DNA of 23,402 nucleotides from Amoeboradix gromovi X-113 (Eukaryota; Fungi; Sanchytriomycota): NCBI GenBank assembly GCA_018985225.1, contig JADGIF010000072.1, positions 1-23,402 on the forward strand, given 5' to 3'. The notes under the pieces are model-generated. The model did not search any database and was not told the origin of the DNA. It saw only the letters and a program-made list of their open reading frames with translations. Numbering within the stretch: the stretch's first letter is position 1; each line of letters starts with the position of its first letter. Both the position numbers and the translations under genes were made by a program. Shown in pieces: positions 19,774 to 23,402 of the stretch.

Positions 19774-20736
19774 CTACTTCAATATTGAATGGCATTTAGA
19801 CAACGCTCCGAGTAGCTGGATTTTTCCGTTTCCGACTGTTATCTTTTCACTGTATTCCCCAAATACCATTGCCAAGCTAGATTTCTTGTCTTCTAACATA
19901 TCCATATCAATTGTTAGCATATCAAACAGCTGATTAAGTACGTTTGACGCACCATACCCCTCCATGATAATGTCATCTACACATCCCATCACTTTCACAA
20001 AATCATTGCTTTTCAACAAACTCCATAACTCTTCCACCCAGTCAGTGGGCACGATACCCAATATGTCTTCAACGTTTGTAGTATTCAGTTGGTGCAATGT
20101 CTGTAAAGCGTAAACACACCGACGCATGTCTCCCTCACAAAAATTGACTATTTTGAGGACGTCTTTCTTTCCTATTTTTAAACCTTCATCATTGCATATT
20201 TGCTCTAGTTTTGATCGAATATCTTCTTCGTCTAGTCCTTTAAACTGAAACTGGGCACATCTACTCTTTATTGGGTCAATAATCTTGCCAGCATAATTGC
20301 AAATCAAGCAGAATCTTGTTACGCTCACGTAGTCTTCCATGATTCTGCGCAAAGCAGCTTGAGCATCCATAGTCATAGCATCGAATTCGTCTAATATGAT
20401 GACTTTATATGGGACATCTTTACAAGTTTGCCTTGCAAATAATTTAACCTTTTCTCGTACAACTTGTATACCACGCTCATCGCTTGCATTGAGTTCTAAT
20501 ACATAATCTTTATAGCTTTTGCTATATTGGGAATAAAACTGCTTTACATACGCTAAAATTGTAGAAGTTTTACCGGTTCCAGCTGCTCCATAAAATAACA
20601 AATGAGGCATACTGTTGGTCTTCAGGTATCCTTTTAAAGAAGACACGACATGATCCTGGCCACAAATATCCTCCAGAGTGTGTGGACGATATTTCTCTAC
20701 CCAAACCTGACTTTGAGTGGCTCCCACTTGTACCAT
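19774..20736 (-). CDS. RFC2: Replication factor C small subunit (fungal Rfc2 / human RFC4)
   Basis: WVEKYRP, Walker A GAAGTGKTS, LELNASDERGIQVVREKVK, YKVIILDE, AQAALRRIME, TRFCLICNY, SRC motif, GDMRR. Confidence 0.92.
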   Translation of the reverse strand: MVQVGATQSQVWVEKYRPHTLEDICGQDHVVSSLKGYLKTNSMPHLLFYGAAGTGKTSTILAYVKQFYSQYSKSYKDYVLELNASDERGIQVVREKVKLFARQTCKDVPYKVIILDEFDAMTMDAQAALRRIMEDYVSVTRFCLICNYAGKIIDPIKSRCAQFQFKGLDEEDIRSKLEQICNDEGLKIGKKDVLKIVNFCEGDMRRCVYALQTLHQLNTTNVEDILGIVPTDWVEELWSLLKSNDFVKVMGCVDDIIMEGYGASNVLNQLFDMLTIDMDMLEDKKSSLAMVFGEYSEKITVGNGKIQLLGALSKCHSILK

Positions 20737-20791
20737 TGTTGGTTACAAGGGCCAAAAAATAATTTTAATTTTACTGTAAGTGATTTATTAT

Positions 20792-21133
20792 CTACATCAT
20801 AAGAGATATATAAACTGATGCAATTAAAATTGTTTTGAACAATGCACTCGTTGATGATCCACTTGTAATCGTACCAGGATTTCTGTTTCTCGGCTGAGCA
20901 TCTGCATTTGTTGTATTTGTTGTGTTTGTTGTGTTTGTAGCATTGGCTGCATCACTAGCAGCCAGTGGAGCATCACTTGTTGTTTCGACAGCTGTTGCAA
21001 TTGGCGAAGGTGCTTGGGTGGGTGTTGCAGAATCTAAATTTCCTGATCCCTCCAATGCTTTTGCTAGCTCAGTTGGTAGGCTTTCATTTGTTTGTCCTAA
21101 AATGAACGGGCTCAAAAATAAAATCAGTTTCAT
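20792..21133 (-). CDS. Small secreted Thr/Ala/Ser-rich, probably GPI-anchored surface protein (113 aa)
   Basis: Signal-like MKLILFLSPFILG, low-complexity core with NxT sequons, small-residue stretch SGSSTS then a hydrophobic C-terminus ALFKTILIASVYISLMM. Confidence 0.7.
   Translation of the reverse strand: MKLILFLSPFILGQTNESLPTELAKALEGSGNLDSATPTQAPSPIATAVETTSDAPLAASDAANATNTTNTTNTTNADAQPRNRNPGTITSGSSTSALFKTILIASVYISLMM
20903..20944 (-). repeat. 9-bp coding tandem repeat (NAT-NTT-NTT-NTT-NA)
   Basis: AATGCTACA AACACAACA AACACAACA AATACAACA AATGCA on the minus strand. Confidence 0.85.
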
Positions 21134-21325
21134 TCCCCCACACTTGCCGACTTGAAACTAAACTATCACTAAATAATGGTTTACACAGCATGCAATCTCC
21201 ACATTGTCTTTGGCCATGCGAGTGTAACCACATCAATGAGGCTTATAATCTAGAAATGGGACAGATCAGGTGATTGTTAGTAATTGTAAAGTGGAAACCC
21301 AGGAGCACTCGATATTTTATACAAT

Positions 21326-22744
21326 TTATTGGTTTTCATAACTATATTCATATATATGCTGATCTTCCGCACCCTCATTTATATCACTATCTTCCACGTA
21401 TTCAACTATTTCCTCATCAGTGCTTTTGTCATCAAACATCTTGAAATCATGCAGTGATGAAGATCTAGCCGGTGGATAGTCTGTCAAACTTCCTTGACTC
21501 TTCATTATCGTAGGAATCACTGCTCCTAGTAACGGTGTCCGTGTATCTTTCTTTACTGCTATTCTGGTCCATTTCCTTTTTCTGGAGACGTGTTTTTCAG
21601 GCAAAGTAGGGTTGAACTCATCATCGCAAAGGCACCATCCTTCGTCGTCTACTTTGTTCCATTGACTATCTATATGCCACTCGTTTAAAAACTCATATCC
21701 TGGCGGGGTTTTATAATCTCCTGGGGCCGGGAATGGAATTGTTCCCTGAATATCCGAGTACGGCGGGGGATCATTACCAAGGCATGTAGCAACATATATG
21801 CCCTCTATTAATCTTTGGTTTTCAAATATGGTCAAATTAGCTGTGTTTGTAACTTGACTGGAGAAAGTAGCTGGAGCACTTGACGATGTGTCAGGTGATG
21901 ACAGAACCGGATGATTTGTGCTTGACATAGAAGTAGCAGTTGTATCACCAGGTAGCCCATCAGACCTAATATCAATGTTTGAAATCCTTCGTTTAGCTTT
22001 TACAGCAGGTTGTATTATATCCTTGATAATCGGGGAAATCTCATGAATATGATCTTTTAGAGGTGAATTAATCAAGAACAAACTCCAGCCAACAATCAAG
22101 CAAATAATATTAAAAGGAAAAAACAAATATACTATAATTACGATAGGAATGCAAGCAATGCTAAATTGAATTACTTTCATAGTATGCTCTTCATTTCTCC
22201 ACGCTAAATGCTCATGATACTGAATGACAACGCTATCTATTGCTGCAGAAGCGTTAAACATTAAGTTTTGGATAAATTGGAGGTTCAGTTTGTACTCTTG
22301 GTGGGAGGTTTTTGGAGGAACCAAATAAGTGTGCTGTGGCTTCATTCCCGATAAACGGGGATGAGATACTATAGAGATGAATATGACAGCAAGATTCGGT
22401 AGCAAGAAAAGCAAAATGGGATACAGACATAGCAGAGTGAATATCAACAGGCAAATAATGGAGATTGTTGGATCACTCCACAACAAGATGTTCAGAAGCA
22501 TTTGCTCAGTACTTCTTAAAAAGCCAATTCTCAATAAAAACTTGTGCATATTCTTTGTTGTTCTCATCATATTTAACGGTTTAGCAACTGCCTCGATACA
22601 CGGCAATATTGGCTGGCATTGATGATGCAAACTGATTTTGCAATCTACACATTCTCTACCTTGCTTAACGACACCCCATATGAACTTGTGACAGGCATCA
22701 CAGAATGTAGGTTGATGAAAGGTTGCGGTTTGTAGACTGTGCAT
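21326..22744 (-). CDS. Pex23/Pex28-32-family ER membrane protein with N-terminal C1 zinc finger and C-terminal dysferlin domain
   Basis: C1 pattern HSLQ..FHQPTFCDACHKFIWGVVKQGRECVDCKISLHHQC...PC; LLWSDP plus hydrophobic hairpins; NLQFIQNLM; DysF motifs TIFENQR, PPGYEF..EWHID, VDDEGW, RKRKWTR. Confidence 0.8.
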   Translation of the reverse strand: MHSLQTATFHQPTFCDACHKFIWGVVKQGRECVDCKISLHHQCQPILPCIEAVAKPLNMMRTTKNMHKFLLRIGFLRSTEQMLLNILLWSDPTISIICLLIFTLLCLYPILLFLLPNLAVIFISIVSHPRLSGMKPQHTYLVPPKTSHQEYKLNLQFIQNLMFNASAAIDSVVIQYHEHLAWRNEEHTMKVIQFSIACIPIVIIVYLFFPFNIICLIVGWSLFLINSPLKDHIHEISPIIKDIIQPAVKAKRRISNIDIRSDGLPGDTTATSMSSTNHPVLSSPDTSSSAPATFSSQVTNTANLTIFENQRLIEGIYVATCLGNDPPPYSDIQGTIPFPAPGDYKTPPGYEFLNEWHIDSQWNKVDDEGWCLCDDEFNPTLPEKHVSRKRKWTRIAVKKDTRTPLLGAVIPTIMKSQGSLTDYPPARSSSLHDFKMFDDKSTDEEIVEYVEDSDINEGAEDQHIYEYSYENQ

Positions 22745-22850
22745 CGTGGTTTCGATGCCACTCCTAGTAAATGCGACACACTACAAAACTAGACAAACTT
22801 TTAAAACAAATGTGTCAAAGACAGAATTAGCCAGGTACTAGTGTCAAATG

Positions 22851-23077
22851 TTATGTCACCTCTGCTTTAGAACATAATTCTCTGTAACTGATTACTCCTC
22901 GTTGCCAATCAAGCGTAACGTTACTCCATAGACTATCAATGCATAGAATACTAATTTTAACCGGTATTCATATCTCGATCTAAAGGTCGATCCACAGCTA
23001 TTTTAGTCCGCCACATTGAGCAAACCATGTACCTCAATGAGATCTCTAAAAGCCATTTTAATTGCAATTACTATCAT
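22851..23077 (-). pseudogene. Heavily degraded Fanzor1-like C-terminal relic
   Basis: With several single-base frameshifts it reads FRDLIE-VHGLL(23032-23018)-xCGGL-NSCGSTF-DRDMNTG*N(22980-22954)...LR-x-DWQRG(from 22910). The motif order matches my recollection of the Fanzor1 pattern VHGLLxC..C..NRDxNAAxNI...RP. Confidence 0.55.
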
Positions 23078-23240
23078 GACAGCTGTCTCCTCGTCAAAAG
23101 TCCTGATTTCTTAGAAAATCAAGAATTTCCACAGAGAAACTAGCAATGCTAGATTCTCCGTTACAATGATCGCTCACGCTTTCACTACCCTGAGGCGGGA
23201 TTGAATAAGGATGCATATACTTGATGTATATGTTCCTTGC
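23069..23240 (-). ncRNA. Predicted omegaRNA (scaffold plus ~20-nt guide) of copy B; 5' limit is approximate
   Basis: Same hairpins as copy A (23214-23232, 23134-23158, terminal CUUGAUUUU-CUAA-GAAAUCAGG). Loop CCUC pairs with terminal GAGG (23092-23089), followed by a unique flank. Confidence 0.6.
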
Positions 23241-23402
23241 AGCCATATGGTCTCTATCTATTTCCAAATGACAATTTGTACAGGTTCAGGTTTCTAAATT
23301 GGTTTTCTTTAAAGTACCATACCTCGTACATGTCTGACTAGTAAATGATTCATTGCATTCGACCATCGTCTTTCCTCTTTGCTTACACTTGAACTTCAAG
23401 CG
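23089..23402 (-). mobile_element. Fanzor2/IS607-TnpB-like gene 3' end with right end (copy B), continues beyond the window
   Basis: One frame from 23402 to 23094: RLKFKCKQRGKTMVECNESFTSQTCTRYGTLKKTNLET*TCTNCHLEIDRDHMAARNIYIKY...NQDF*. This is the TnpB L.YK...G..V...E.YTS.TC..CG...C..C....DRD..AARNI pattern. Lesions: Cys to Tyr (23321-23319) and TGA (23288-23286). Confidence 0.93.

Noticed and set aside
22778-22798. 16/21 match to the copy A flank (ACACTACAA...ACAAAC) upstream of the Pex gene as a guide target
   Set aside because: With the scaffold ending at GAGG the first three seed bases mismatch, and AT-rich matches of this size are plausible by chance.
2451-23332. The two direct repeats as LTRs or ends of one 21-kb element
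   Set aside because: The interior is housekeeping genes with no gag/pol or transposase, both repeats are the same (right) end, and copy B continues as TnpB coding sequence.
1-23402. Reassigned nuclear genetic code in the host
   Set aside because: Long genes translate cleanly in the standard code and end in TAA, TAG or TGA.

Overview
Compact, AT-rich, intron-poor eukaryotic DNA, most likely from a zoosporic (flagellated) fungus. This is inferred from a fungal-type CK1, a short fungal-type alpha-actinin, a Pex23/29-family gene and an axonemal outer-arm dynein heavy chain. Eight host genes are present: a small secreted protein, an AVT3/4-like amino-acid transporter, CK1, alpha-actinin, an uninterrupted 13-kb dynein heavy chain, RFC2/RFC4, a small GPI-like protein and a C1-Pex24-dysferlin protein. 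The ORF track largely misses the main signal, which is four minus-strand TnpB/Fanzor relics. Two are ~91% identical copies of a Fanzor2/IS607-TnpB-like 3' end (2454-2704 and 23089-23402). They share a predicted omegaRNA scaffold (hairpins plus a terminal CCUC/GAGG pseudoknot) and are followed by different flanks, which would be the guides. The third is a 75%-identical tandem fragment (2705-2816). The fourth is a frameshifted Fanzor1-like relic (22851-23077) whose edge overlaps the putative guide of the second copy. No intact Fanzor ORF or transposase is visible in the window. Alpha-actinin needs a 20-nt GT-AG intron. All alignments, counts and folds were done by hand; no searches were run.
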